A stretch of 64,000 nucleotides of DNA from Deltaproteobacteria bacterium. Its GTDB lineage: Bacteria > Desulfobacterota > Desulfobaccia > Desulfobaccales > 0-14-0-80-60-11. Below the pieces are notes generated by a model. The model did no database searches. It was not told the origin of the DNA and saw only the letters and a program-made list of their open reading frames with translations. Of this stretch, positions 53,890 through 63,119 are shown one piece after another; the stretch's first letter is position 1; each line of letters starts with the position of its first letter. Made by a program: the position numbers and the translations under genes. The stretch lies in assembly GCA_003599195.1 (NCBI GenBank), contig QZIZ01000113.1, positions 6,705 through 70,704 of the forward strand, written 5' to 3'.

Positions 53890-54945
53890 TCATTCCTCCC
53901 AGCCCACGGCTCGCACCGACTGATTACTGGTGTTTTCGTTGTTGAAGTAGATGCGGTTGCCGTCCAGGAGGTGGCAGGCAAAGGGGATGGCCCCCCGGAC
54001 GCTCTGGAAGGTGCCGCTGGGCGCGGCCCCGTGGAGCACCACGGCGGCATTCGTGCCGTCGTAGGAGATGCCCAGTTTGACGTCCGTGCCGCCGGTGGCC
54101 ACGGCCTCTCCCAGGAGCCGCCGGGCCGTGGGGGGCACTTTCAGCCCCAGGTCCTTGGCGGCATAGCCGTTGATAGCTCCGGAAGCGATCTCGATGAAGG
54201 TGTTCCAGGCCACCTGGCGACCGTTCTTGATGAACCGCACCAGGTTGCTGGAATCATCATTGAGGATCATGCCCAGGTAGCGGAAATTGGTGTTGGGCAG
54301 CACCATCAGCCAGTCGCCCTGGGCCAGGGTCAGGGCCGTGCCGGAGTAAGTCAGGGTGCCGGCCGTGCCGTTATCGTTGTTGTTGGCGGTGATGGTCCTG
54401 ATCTGCCCCTTGGACGCCCCGGAGAGCACCAGGAGCTTGTAATTCGCCAGCTCGTTGGTGCTGAAGCCGTAGCCGATGTCCCCGGTGTTGCCGCAGTTGC
54501 GCAGGGTGATGACCTGGGCCACCTGGGAGGAGAAGCGCATCGCCGGCAGGGCCTTGAGGGTGAAGGTGGTGTCCGCGGCCGCGGCCAGGGCGTAGACCGC
54601 GTACCACTGGCTGGCCTTTTCGTTCCCCCAGAGGTTGGAAGGGGTATCGAAGTCCATCACCACGTCCGCGCTCATCTCCCGGTACTTGCCGTCCGAGAGG
54701 CCGCCATCCACGAAAAGCCCCCGATGAAACGGCGAGGGAAAGCCGCAGAGCATGAGGCGGGCCTTGCAGTCGGAGGTGGCCGGGATCTTCACCTGGGTGG
54801 CGTCCACCCACACCAGGTCCGGGCAGTAGACCAGATCGGCCAGTTCCACCACTGCGCCTTCCACCTTCTCGAAGTCGCTCTTTAGTATCACCTGGCGGCC
54901 GGTGCCGCTGCCCCATTTGACTTGGGGCACGTGGATTAAGCTCAT
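53890..54945 (-). CDS. Phage structural protein (tail/receptor-binding region), function unknown
   Basis: 351 aa, Gly/Thr/Asn-rich and beta-type in composition. Sits at the distal end of the tail module. Confidence 0.65.
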   Translation of the reverse strand: MSLIHVPQVKWGSGTGRQVILKSDFEKVEGAVVELADLVYCPDLVWVDATQVKIPATSDCKARLMLCGFPSPFHRGLFVDGGLSDGKYREMSADVVMDFDTPSNLWGNEKASQWYAVYALAAAADTTFTLKALPAMRFSSQVAQVITLRNCGNTGDIGYGFSTNELANYKLLVLSGASKGQIRTITANNNDNGTAGTLTYSGTALTLAQGDWLMVLPNTNFRYLGMILNDDSSNLVRFIKNGRQVAWNTFIEIASGAINGYAAKDLGLKVPPTARRLLGEAVATGGTDVKLGISYDGTNAAVVLHGAAPSGTFQSVRGAIPFACHLLDGNRIYFNNENTSNQSVRAVGWEE

Positions 54946-54993
54946 AACAAAATCCCCCTCTTTCCCCCTTTAGAAAAGGGGGAGGTTAAAGGT

Positions 54994-56178
54994 TTAATAG
55001 ACGTAAGCCCGGTAGCACCAGTTGGGGTCGCCCTCCCCCGCCAGGTCGATGGCGTAGGAGTCGTAGGCGGTGCCCGTATCATCCACGGCCCAGGCCGCGG
55101 GATAGGCAATGGGGCGCCAGAGGCGCAGTTTCACCCGGCGCTGGTCCAGGCTGAGGTTTTTGGCAAAGAGGGTGAACTCCTCCTGGTCGAAACCGTGAAA
55201 ATCGGAGGAGACGGCCACCGGGTCGCCCAACTCCAAGCGGGCCCCCTCCAGCCAGGTTTCCAGGTCGGCGATCTCCCGAGGCGGGGAGAGCCGGGCCAGC
55301 TTCCGTTCGGCCAGGGTTGCGGCCAGTTGCGGGTCTTCGGTGATCACCGGGGAGCCGTATTTCAGGTCGATGTCGCCGGGTAGCTCCCCCAACTCGTCAA
55401 TGAGGGCCTGGTCCTTGGCCTCGGCGTATTTGCTGTTGTCCCGGTCGTAGTCGCCGTAGCGCACCCGCACCAGGTTCTTCAGGTCCCGCAGCTCGTAGGA
55501 GGTGGTGATGGATTTCACCGAGGAGGCCGCCAGGATCGCCAGGTTCTCCAGGAGCACGAACTTGAGCATCTTGTCGAACCAGACCCAGGAGCCGCTCTGC
55601 TTGGCGTAATCCAGGGCGGCGTAGAGCATCAGGGTCAGGCCCTCCATGCTCCCCAACTGGCGCAGCATCAGGTAGTGGGGGACGTATTCCCAGACGTCCG
55701 CGTCCTCGATGATGGTGAAGGGAATGGTGTCGGCGTTCAACAGGTTGGGCTTGGAGTCTCCGGAAAGAGCGAAAAACCGGCTCATCATTGCCCCGAACTG
55801 AATATCGGCGTTCGCGGCATCCGGAAAGGAAAAGACCTGGCCGCTGCGGCCGGTGGCCGCCAGGCCGAAGGCATGGGCTACCAGGGCGTTGAGCCAGGCG
55901 TAATGGTAATCGCTTTTGTAGACAAATCCGCCGAACTCATAGCTCATGCGATTGATCCGCAAATCGTCAAGAATTTTGCGGGCCAGGGTCAGGGCGGTGG
56001 CGTTGCCGTTGCGTAGATAGATATAAATCAGGCCGATGGCCGCGGCGGCCATCGCGCCGGGATCATAACCCCCATATTTGAATCCGTAATCGGAAAACCA
56101 CACGGGCAAAGCAACTTGCGGCGCGCCGCTATAAACAACGCCGGTCCCATACCTTGCGCCTGTGCCGAATTTAGCCAT
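54994..56178 (-). CDS. Phage protein, function unknown (394 aa)
   Basis: A long ORF co-directional with the tail genes. No motif recognised. Confidence 0.65.
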   Translation of the reverse strand: MAKFGTGARYGTGVVYSGAPQVALPVWFSDYGFKYGGYDPGAMAAAAIGLIYIYLRNGNATALTLARKILDDLRINRMSYEFGGFVYKSDYHYAWLNALVAHAFGLAATGRSGQVFSFPDAANADIQFGAMMSRFFALSGDSKPNLLNADTIPFTIIEDADVWEYVPHYLMLRQLGSMEGLTLMLYAALDYAKQSGSWVWFDKMLKFVLLENLAILAASSVKSITTSYELRDLKNLVRVRYGDYDRDNSKYAEAKDQALIDELGELPGDIDLKYGSPVITEDPQLAATLAERKLARLSPPREIADLETWLEGARLELGDPVAVSSDFHGFDQEEFTLFAKNLSLDQRRVKLRLWRPIAYPAAWAVDDTGTAYDSYAIDLAGEGDPNWCYRAYVY

Positions 56179-56207
56179 TATTACGCTATAAACAACGCCG
56201 GCCCATA

Positions 56208-57569
56208 CTAAGGGGCGGCTTCATAAAAGAATTGCCCGGCAATGGTCTTGTTGCCGGAGGCCGTCCAGGCCGTCTCGGAGGCATCCTTATAAAAATTGAC
56301 CGTGCTCGCTCCCTGGGCCAGGGAGAGCAGCCCCGCGGTCTGCCAGTTGTAATTGTCCGCGGCCCGGATCAGGGCGTGGATGTAGGTGGGGGCGTTGCTG
56401 GCAAAGGGCAGGGTGAAGCTGGCCGCGGTGCTGTTGCTGACCCCGTGGATGTAGAAGGCGACATAGACCAGGGAGCCGACCTTTTTGTAATAGATGTCCT
56501 TGTACCAAAAGGAACTCCAGCCGGTGACTGTCGAAGTGGCTCCATAGCTGTTCCAGGCGGAGGCCGAAGCAATGAACGAGTCGATGGCCGCATGGGAGTT
56601 GGTGCCGATGTCGGTCAAGGAAGTGTGGCTCTTGGTGGTAATATCCGCAATATTTGAGGTGGTTTTGTTTATTTCCCCCCAAGTGGGCACTGCCCAGGCA
56701 CGATCGCCCCGGAGATATTTGGTGGCGTCCGCCCCGGCCCCGGCTAAATAAGAAGTGGCCACCTTTGTCGTGGCGTCCAGCGGGCAATAACCGTTAGCGC
56801 CGCCTTTAGAGGTCAGAACCTCGTGCCCCGCATGGGGGGCGGAAGCCACCAAGTGCGTATCGATGGCCGCATGGGAGTTAGTGCCGATATCGGTCAAAGA
56901 CGTGTGGCTCTTGGTGGTGAGGTCACCCAGGTTGGATATGGTTTTATCGATCTGCGCCCAGGTGCCGATGACGCCGGTGTGGTAACCGGAGCCGTGAGCC
57001 GTGGGCGTCCGGGCGTCGGTGTTCCGGGGGTCGGAGTTGGTGACGTATTTGTTGGCCGCCGAAGGCGCGCCGTTGGTGCCGGCCAGGGCCGCCTTCTGGT
57101 CGGCGGTGGGGTCGTTGGCATTGTTGTGGGTGGGATAATTGAGGCTCAACTTGCTTTCCGCAATGCCCGCGGCGGCGTGCACATCGCCATTTTCCACCAG
57201 CTTGGCGGCCGCATCCTCTACGCCTCCGGTGACGTGGCGGAAGCCGGTGCCGGTGGGCGCGGTCACCGGCAGGGGTGACCAGGTCCCGTCCCCCCGGAAG
57301 AATGTGCTGAGGTCATTGGGGGCTTTGGGGACGAAGCCGTGCCTGGCCGTGGAGACGTCGCCGGTGGTGTTGTCGGAGAGGGACAGGCCGCTTTCCGGCA
57401 CGGCGGCGCCGGCGCCCTCTGTGTGGTTGTGCGAATCCCCCCAGGTGACATGGGCCCCGGGCAGCAGGTCGTGCTGGGCTGGCAGATCACCCGGAAAGGT
57501 GATCTGGGTGGCCCAGCCGTGCGCGGCCAGCAATCCTAAAAGCAGTAGTAAACCGGCGTAGCGAATCAT
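56208..57569 (-). CDS. Phage tail fibre protein
   Basis: Start at ATG 57569 (MIRYAGLLLLLGLLAAHG), preceded by SD GGAGGG and overlapping the upstream stop as ATGA. Fibre-type motifs include STARHGFVPKAPNDLSTFFRGDGTWS and NSDPRNTDARTPTAHG. Has an internal repeat TKSHTSLTDIGTNSHAAID x2. Confidence 0.8.
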   Translation of the reverse strand: MIRYAGLLLLLGLLAAHGWATQITFPGDLPAQHDLLPGAHVTWGDSHNHTEGAGAAVPESGLSLSDNTTGDVSTARHGFVPKAPNDLSTFFRGDGTWSPLPVTAPTGTGFRHVTGGVEDAAAKLVENGDVHAAAGIAESKLSLNYPTHNNANDPTADQKAALAGTNGAPSAANKYVTNSDPRNTDARTPTAHGSGYHTGVIGTWAQIDKTISNLGDLTTKSHTSLTDIGTNSHAAIDTHLVASAPHAGHEVLTSKGGANGYCPLDATTKVATSYLAGAGADATKYLRGDRAWAVPTWGEINKTTSNIADITTKSHTSLTDIGTNSHAAIDSFIASASAWNSYGATSTVTGWSSFWYKDIYYKKVGSLVYVAFYIHGVSNSTAASFTLPFASNAPTYIHALIRAADNYNWQTAGLLSLAQGASTVNFYKDASETAWTASGNKTIAGQFFYEAAP

Positions 57570-57838
57570 GATCCCTCCACCCGGCCGGAGACCTGCGCCA
57601 GTTCCTCCGGAACGGTATTTTGCCCCTGCCCGGCCAGCATCCGGTTCAATTCCTCCTGGCACCGCTGCCGCCACTGGGTCAGGAGCTGCACCTGAAAATC
57701 AATGCGGGTGATCCGTTCCTGGAGCAGCTCGGAATGCAGTTTGCCGTTTACTCCCTGGAGCTGGGCCAGTTCCTGCTTTAGTCTGTTGATCTCCTGATCT
57801 TGGAGTCTTTGCGTCTCCGCGCCTTTGCGTGATCTCAT
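57566..57838 (-). CDS. Small coiled-coil protein (phage); start uncertain
   Basis: 90 aa, Gln/Leu-rich heptad-like sequence. The first ~12 codons are encoded by a CGCAAAG-family repeat (tctttgcgtctccgcgcctttgcgtga). Confidence 0.45.
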   Translation of the reverse strand: MRSRKGAETQRLQDQEINRLKQELAQLQGVNGKLHSELLQERITRIDFQVQLLTQWRQRCQEELNRMLAGQGQNTVPEELAQVSGRVEGS

Positions 57839-57849
57839 CTTTTACTCCC

Positions 57850-60800
57850 CTACACCAGATAGGTATTAAGCCAGTTAAGCCAGTTCTCCAGAACCTCCCA
57901 GGCCGCGGAGTCGTTCGAGTGAAAGTAATATTCGGCCAGGCGGTAGAAGGTCCAGTATTGGGCCAGGGCGTGGCCCACTTCGGGGTAGGCGCTGCCGTTG
58001 ACCAGTCCCTGGACGATGGACCAGGTATTTTCATATTCCGCGGCGGGCAGCACCCGGCGCTCGTATTTGAAATAGTCCAGGTGGAAGACTGCGCTGGAGC
58101 CGAGATTGAGGTAGGCGGTGTTCAGCAGGCCGTTGCCCACGCCTAAGTTGTTGTTGCCCAGGAGCACACCGTCTTTGATCCGGTAGATCTTGGCGTCCGC
58201 GGGGACCACCATCCAGGTGACCATATGCCAGGAGCCGTCCAGGACACCTGCGATGTCCGAGTAGGAATCCCCGGCCGAAGTTGTCACCTTGAGCTGCAAA
58301 TCCAGGGACCCGGCCGTCTTGGTCTGGACCACCCAGCCGTCCGCGGCCATCTTGTCCGCCACCCAGCGGTAATCCCCGGCCTGGGCGTTGCCCTTGATGA
58401 TCAGGGTGATGGAGAAAGGGCCGGTCCCCGGCTCGAACAGGGCATTGCTGGCCAGGCTGGCGTGGGCCGCGCCGTCGAAGGCGATGGCAGTATTCCCCGG
58501 TTGGCAGACGCCGGTGGCGTAAGCGGGGCTGCCGCTGCTCCAGGTCAGGGTGTGGCCGTGCCCCGAGGCGTCGGTCAAGGCCCCGTTGAAGGGCCAGGCC
58601 CCGCTCACCAGGCCGTAATCCCGGTACTTTTTCCACCAGGAAAAGCGGGTGAAATCCTCCTCGCCGCACAGGGGGATGTTCTCGATGTCGTTCCGGGTAT
58701 GCACCGGCAGCACCGGCCCCTTGACGCCGCCGTAGCGGTTATAAAACTCGTCCTGGGCGTCCCGGTGGAGGTGGAGGTAATTGGTGACCAGATCCAGGCG
58801 GTTTTGCAGATACGGCCCCAGGGGGTGGGCGTAGTGCACCGGCGTCGGCCCCCGCCAGGTGTTCTGGCCGTAAGGGGTGAGGGACACGGCCAGCCGGGGC
58901 GTGTAGGGGTAGGCGTCCCCGGCCTCCAGATTGGCACCGGCGTCGTCCAGCCACCAGGCCGGGGCCTGCTCCAAATCCAGGTTGATCTCCGGGTACTTGA
59001 ACTCGATGAGCCGCAGGCGCTGGGCATTGGTAAAACGGGCGGTGTCGTTGAACCTCACGTCCGTGACCCGGAACGTGGCGTCCCGGTTGGGGTTCGAGGG
59101 CTGCTCGATGCCCACCACCTGGAGGGGGTGGGTCATGGGCCAACTACCCCAATCCAGGTTCATATCCGCGAAATTCACGGTCACCCGGTTCCATTGCCCC
59201 GCGGTCACCGAGGTGTTTTTAACGAAGTACGAGCCGTTGGCGTCCTTCACCATCGTGTTGACATTCACCGAGCCGCCGCCGCTGACTTGGGGATAAATGA
59301 GATAATTTATATTGGTCTTGCCCGTGGAATTGACTTCTGCGGTATTGAGCCCGGTCCAGATGCCCCAGCCGGTGGCCGCGGCGGTGAGCTTCACCTCCAC
59401 CTGCAGGGTGGTGTAGTAGATGTCCCCCTCGATGGTCTCCTGGACTTCCCGGTCCTGCCTGATGATGTCGCTGCTGTCCGGCGCGCCCGCGCTGTACCAG
59501 GACCCCCAGCCGGGCCGCCGCCGGTCCCGGTCGTCAATGAGGTTGTCGATGGTCTTGAACTGGGAAAAATCGATCTCGAACTGGGTCAGTGCCGCATAGC
59601 GATCCGGCAGGGCATGGACAAAGGTATGGTCCGGGCCCCAGGGATCGGCGTCGCCGGGGGCCGAGTCGTTCAGGACCACCAGGAGCCGCCGGGGAAAAAT
59701 CTCCGGATCGCCGGTCATGAAGGTCCAGAAATCCCCGGCCACGAAGTCGGTGCCCGCACCCGGCTCGAAAAAGACCTCCAGGCCGTTCCCCAGGGACACG
59801 GGTGCGTCCGGCCCCCCGGCCTTGCAACCCGTGGCGTTCCAGGTCTGACCCCGGTTATCGGACCATTTAAACCGCTCGGTGCCCAGCTCCCCGGTGGTTT
59901 CGATGTAGACCACGTAATAGAGGCGGTTGCTGCCGGTGTAGATGCCCTTCAGCACCATCGTGGCGCTGCCGCCGTTGGAGGACTTGCAGATGTTATGTAC
60001 CCGGTTGCCCCGGGCCAGGCCCCGGAGCTTGAAGCGCACCTGGCTGATATCGGAAAGGGGGCTGACGCCCAAGCTCCAGTTCATGCCGTAGCCCCACCAG
60101 GCCTGGAAGGTGGTGGCGCTGAAGTCCTTGAGGATCACCCGCAGCGCCCGGGGGCCCTGGGCCGCCTCCGCCAGGCCGGTGTCCTGCTGGTCGTCGTCTC
60201 CCGGATAGATCTCAATGGCGAATTTCTCGTAACCCTGCACCCCCAGGGTGGAATCCCGGTACATCAGAAAGGCCCCGGCGCTCCATTGCTGGCGCTCGAA
60301 GTTGTCCAGCAGCAGCGGCGAGGTGCGGGAGGCCTGGTAGGGATAGAAATTGTCCCAGAGAAACTTGATCAGCCGGGAGTAATCCCGGCCCCGCTCCGGC
60401 CCGGCGAAGGAGAGGACGGCCATCAAGTCCAGGAGCCGGTCCACCGCGAAATCATAGGTGTAATCGTCCCGGCCCCGGAGGGCCGGACGCACGCAAGGCG
60501 TGTTGTTCAGGGCCTGGCCCTTGACCCCCGTCTCCCCGGTGTAATAGAGGTAATAAACCTGCACCACCGTGCCCGGCGCCAGGGGAGTCCCCAGGGTGGC
60601 CACGGTCTGGGTGCCGGAGTTTGCGTAGCTCCCCCCGGTGTAATAATTGGTGAGGTCGCCGGACTCGGGATCGGCCCAGAAGCCGTTCCAGGGAAAGGAC
60701 GTCTCGAATTTCCACACCCCCCGGAGATAGGCCACGCTCCCGCCGCCGGGCAGGGGCGTCTGGATATAGACCTTGCCGTCCGGGGCCACGGCCAGGCTGT

Positions 60801-60909
60801 ACTGCGCGCCGCTCCAGTTGCCGGCGAGGATCTCCATGAGGGGAGCACCCCCCATGTTGTCGAAGACCCAGTTGAACTGCGCGCCGCGCGCCCAGCGAAT
60901 TTCCGGCAT
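57850..60909 (-). CDS. Large phage tail/host-specificity protein with C-terminal LamG (concanavalin-like) domain
   Basis: 1019 aa. The C-terminal segment LTDASGHGHTLTW...FDGAAHASL...FSITLIIKG...DGSWHMVTW...KIYRIKDGVL has the LamG-type pattern. Confidence 0.75.
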   Translation of the reverse strand: MPEIRWARGAQFNWVFDNMGGAPLMEILAGNWSGAQYSLAVAPDGKVYIQTPLPGGGSVAYLRGVWKFETSFPWNGFWADPESGDLTNYYTGGSYANSGTQTVATLGTPLAPGTVVQVYYLYYTGETGVKGQALNNTPCVRPALRGRDDYTYDFAVDRLLDLMAVLSFAGPERGRDYSRLIKFLWDNFYPYQASRTSPLLLDNFERQQWSAGAFLMYRDSTLGVQGYEKFAIEIYPGDDDQQDTGLAEAAQGPRALRVILKDFSATTFQAWWGYGMNWSLGVSPLSDISQVRFKLRGLARGNRVHNICKSSNGGSATMVLKGIYTGSNRLYYVVYIETTGELGTERFKWSDNRGQTWNATGCKAGGPDAPVSLGNGLEVFFEPGAGTDFVAGDFWTFMTGDPEIFPRRLLVVLNDSAPGDADPWGPDHTFVHALPDRYAALTQFEIDFSQFKTIDNLIDDRDRRRPGWGSWYSAGAPDSSDIIRQDREVQETIEGDIYYTTLQVEVKLTAAATGWGIWTGLNTAEVNSTGKTNINYLIYPQVSGGGSVNVNTMVKDANGSYFVKNTSVTAGQWNRVTVNFADMNLDWGSWPMTHPLQVVGIEQPSNPNRDATFRVTDVRFNDTARFTNAQRLRLIEFKYPEINLDLEQAPAWWLDDAGANLEAGDAYPYTPRLAVSLTPYGQNTWRGPTPVHYAHPLGPYLQNRLDLVTNYLHLHRDAQDEFYNRYGGVKGPVLPVHTRNDIENIPLCGEEDFTRFSWWKKYRDYGLVSGAWPFNGALTDASGHGHTLTWSSGSPAYATGVCQPGNTAIAFDGAAHASLASNALFEPGTGPFSITLIIKGNAQAGDYRWVADKMAADGWVVQTKTAGSLDLQLKVTTSAGDSYSDIAGVLDGSWHMVTWMVVPADAKIYRIKDGVLLGNNNLGVGNGLLNTAYLNLGSSAVFHLDYFKYERRVLPAAEYENTWSIVQGLVNGSAYPEVGHALAQYWTFYRLAEYYFHSNDSAAWEVLENWLNWLNTYLV

Positions 60910-60916
60910 TTAGATA

Positions 60917-61001
60917 CCCGTTTTCCGTTTTCGGTTTTCTGTTTTCGGTAAAAAATAAAAAATCATCTTGCGTCTTGGCGCCTTGGCGTCTTTGCGTGAG
61001 G
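60917..61001. repeat. Host-type repeats inside the phage module: TTTTCSG heptamers plus CGCAAAG-type array
   Basis: Sequences cccgttttccgttttcggttttctgttttcgg and cttgcgtcttggcgccttggcgtctttgcgtgagg. Confidence 0.9.
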
Positions 61002-62681
61002 TCAATTCTCCCCCAAATACGCCCGGACCTTGATCTCGCCGCAATCCACCCAGAAGTCAAAGAGGCACCGGGAGCAGATCTCCCGGATGGCCCGGCCCGC
61101 CTCCAGGTCCGCGAAGCAGACGCCGATGTGGTAAAACAGCGTGTCGCTCTTGGCCAGGGCGAAGGCGTCGGCGTTGATGAACTCGCTCAGGCCCACCGCC
61201 GCCAGGATATCCTCGATGATATCCACCGGGTGGGTGGTATCGTCCTTCACCACCCGGGCCTCCACGCTGCCTGCCGCGCCCTTCACCCAGATTTCGCCGC
61301 TGTTTTCAGAAAAGATCACGCCCTGGCGGCTGTCGTCGTCCTGGACCCAGACCGAGGTAATGGCCTGGAACGGCGCGCCCGGAATCTTGTAGTGCACCAC
61401 CTTGGCCTGGGCGGTGATGATCCACTGGTCCCCGGACACCAGGTCCGTGCCCGGCGCGCTCTCGAAGTAAACCTCCAGGCCGTTTTCCAGGGTCACCTGG
61501 TTGCCCTGGCCCTCGGTGGTGATGCCGGTCTTTTCCCAGGTCTGGCCGTTGTCCTTGGACCAGCGGAAGGTGGCCGCGCCCACCTCCCCGGTGGAATCCG
61601 CCTGCACCAGGTAATTGACGTCCGCCTGGCCGGAGTATTTGGTCTGATCCACCACGTGCAGGCTGGCCACGCCGCTGCCGATCTTCACCACCGTGCAGCT
61701 CGCATCCGTGGTGCCGGTGGACTCCGCCTTGGCCCGGTAGTAGCCCCGCATGAAGGGCCTTTTCGTGCCGTCCGCATCCGGCACGCCGATCTTTTTGTCC
61801 AGGAGAATGCGGATGTAATCGTCGGTCTCCAGGTGGGCCAGGTGCGCACCCTCCCAGGCGTGGGCCATCCCCGAGATGGTCTGCAACTGGCCGATGTAGA
61901 CGAGCTGCCACTCCACTTGGCCGCCCGGCAGCTCGTAGCCGTGATAGAGCTTGAGCTGCTTCTTGTACCAGGGAATGGCCCGGAGATAGAAGTTGGGGCC
62001 GCCCGGAATCCACTGGCGGGAGCGGTTGTCCAGCACCAGGCGGTTGCTGCCGGTGCGCAGGTTCTGAAAGTCTATGGCCATTTCCAGGTTGACGTCGCCG
62101 GGGCTGAAGATCTCGCTCTCCGGCAGCAGCATCTTGCCGGTGAGGATGAACTGCTGGAGATTCCCCGGAAACTCGCCGTCACTGGCGTAGCTGTCGTAGC
62201 CGGGATCAGGCGCGCTGTCCACCGCGTAAGCGGAGTAGGCGTCCGCGTCCCCGGCCTCATCTACAGCCCAAGCCCTGATGGTGGAATTCAGATCCACCTT
62301 TACCTGGTAGTATTGGCTCAGGTCGTATTCGCCCCCGGAGGTGACCGGTACCCAGGAAGCCCCGGCCACACCCTCATAAGTCGCCGCAGTCCTAAGCGAC
62401 ACGGCCACGGTCATATACCCCGCCTGGTCGATCCAGGCGGGGGCGGCCAGGTTGGGGGTGTAGGCCTGCATCACCGGCGAGATCCAGGAGCCGGTCAAGA
62501 AGTACCCGGCCTGCATGGCCAGCTTGCCTGCTTCGCCGCCATACTCGGTATTGGTAAACGTCCCCCCGCTTCCGGCCAGGCCCAGGTCCAGGTCGAAGGG
62601 ATAGATCACCGCCCGCACCCGGGGCTTGGCCCCCCGGGGCCGGGCTTCTTCCTGGAGGTAGTTGGCGGTGGCTTCTCGCAT
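61002..62681 (-). CDS. Phage tail structural protein (559 aa)
   Basis: A long ORF between the small tail protein and the 1019-aa protein. No specific motif recognised. Confidence 0.65.
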   Translation of the reverse strand: MREATANYLQEEARPRGAKPRVRAVIYPFDLDLGLAGSGGTFTNTEYGGEAGKLAMQAGYFLTGSWISPVMQAYTPNLAAPAWIDQAGYMTVAVSLRTAATYEGVAGASWVPVTSGGEYDLSQYYQVKVDLNSTIRAWAVDEAGDADAYSAYAVDSAPDPGYDSYASDGEFPGNLQQFILTGKMLLPESEIFSPGDVNLEMAIDFQNLRTGSNRLVLDNRSRQWIPGGPNFYLRAIPWYKKQLKLYHGYELPGGQVEWQLVYIGQLQTISGMAHAWEGAHLAHLETDDYIRILLDKKIGVPDADGTKRPFMRGYYRAKAESTGTTDASCTVVKIGSGVASLHVVDQTKYSGQADVNYLVQADSTGEVGAATFRWSKDNGQTWEKTGITTEGQGNQVTLENGLEVYFESAPGTDLVSGDQWIITAQAKVVHYKIPGAPFQAITSVWVQDDDSRQGVIFSENSGEIWVKGAAGSVEARVVKDDTTHPVDIIEDILAAVGLSEFINADAFALAKSDTLFYHIGVCFADLEAGRAIREICSRCLFDFWVDCGEIKVRAYLGEN

Positions 62682-62688
62682 TAAACTC

Positions 62689-62755
62689 GTAGGGCGGGCG
62701 TCCCCGCCCGCCCTTTAATCCTTGCGTCTTGGCGAGTTTGCGTCTTTGCGTGAGG
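62689..62755. repeat. GC hairpin gtagggcgggcgtccccgcccgcc plus CGCAAAG-type array
   Basis: The hairpin recurs at 21938-21961 and 40548-40565. The array is ccttgcgtcttggcgagtttgcgtctttgcgtgagg. Confidence 0.9.
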
Positions 62756-62756
62756 T

Positions 62757-63119
62757 TTAAACTTCCTCCAACTCGATCGTCCCCGACCACCAGCTGCCGG
62801 GCACGGCCACAAAATTAAAATTGTTGGTCCAGTCGAAAGTCCCGACTTTCTCTCCGGAGAGGTCGTAAAAATCCAGGTCCACCTGGGCGTCCTTGATCTC
62901 CTTGAACTTTTCCTTTTGGGCCTCGGAGATATAATTGAAACGCAGACTCCAGCGCTGCTTATAATCCCGGCGATAGCTCCGGAGCGTGCCGTCGATGGCC
63001 CGGGCCCGGTCGCCGAAATCCTGGTGCTGGTGCTCAAAGCCCCAGGAATAATTCACCGGGAAGGTGTAGCTCTGCTCCGTGCCCCCCCGGGGGGTCCAGA
63101 CGAACCGGCCGTTAGGCAT
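62757..63119 (-). CDS. Small phage tail protein (120 aa), position analogous to a minor/distal tail protein
   Basis: Immediately follows the tape-measure-like gene with no gap (63119/63120). Confidence 0.6.
   Translation of the reverse strand: MPNGRFVWTPRGGTEQSYTFPVNYSWGFEHQHQDFGDRARAIDGTLRSYRRDYKQRWSLRFNYISEAQKEKFKEIKDAQVDLDFYDLSGEKVGTFDWTNNFNFVAVPGSWWSGTIELEEV

Noticed and set aside
56590-56930. Two ~65-nt near-identical segments in the tail-fibre gene considered as a diversity-generating retroelement TR/VR pair
   Set aside because: No reverse transcriptase is in the window. Both copies are inside the same ORF. The mismatches are not restricted to adenine positions of one copy. This is simply an internal protein repeat (TKSHTSLTDIGTNSHAAID).
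53851-62684. Very long plus-strand ORFs 53851..54885 (344 aa), 58225..60951 (908 aa) and 60975..62684 (569 aa)
   Set aside because: These are high-GC antisense frames of the phage structural genes. Their composition is dominated by G, P, R, H, V and A runs, with no start context. The minus-strand frames carry fibre and LamG-type motifs and operon-like junctions.
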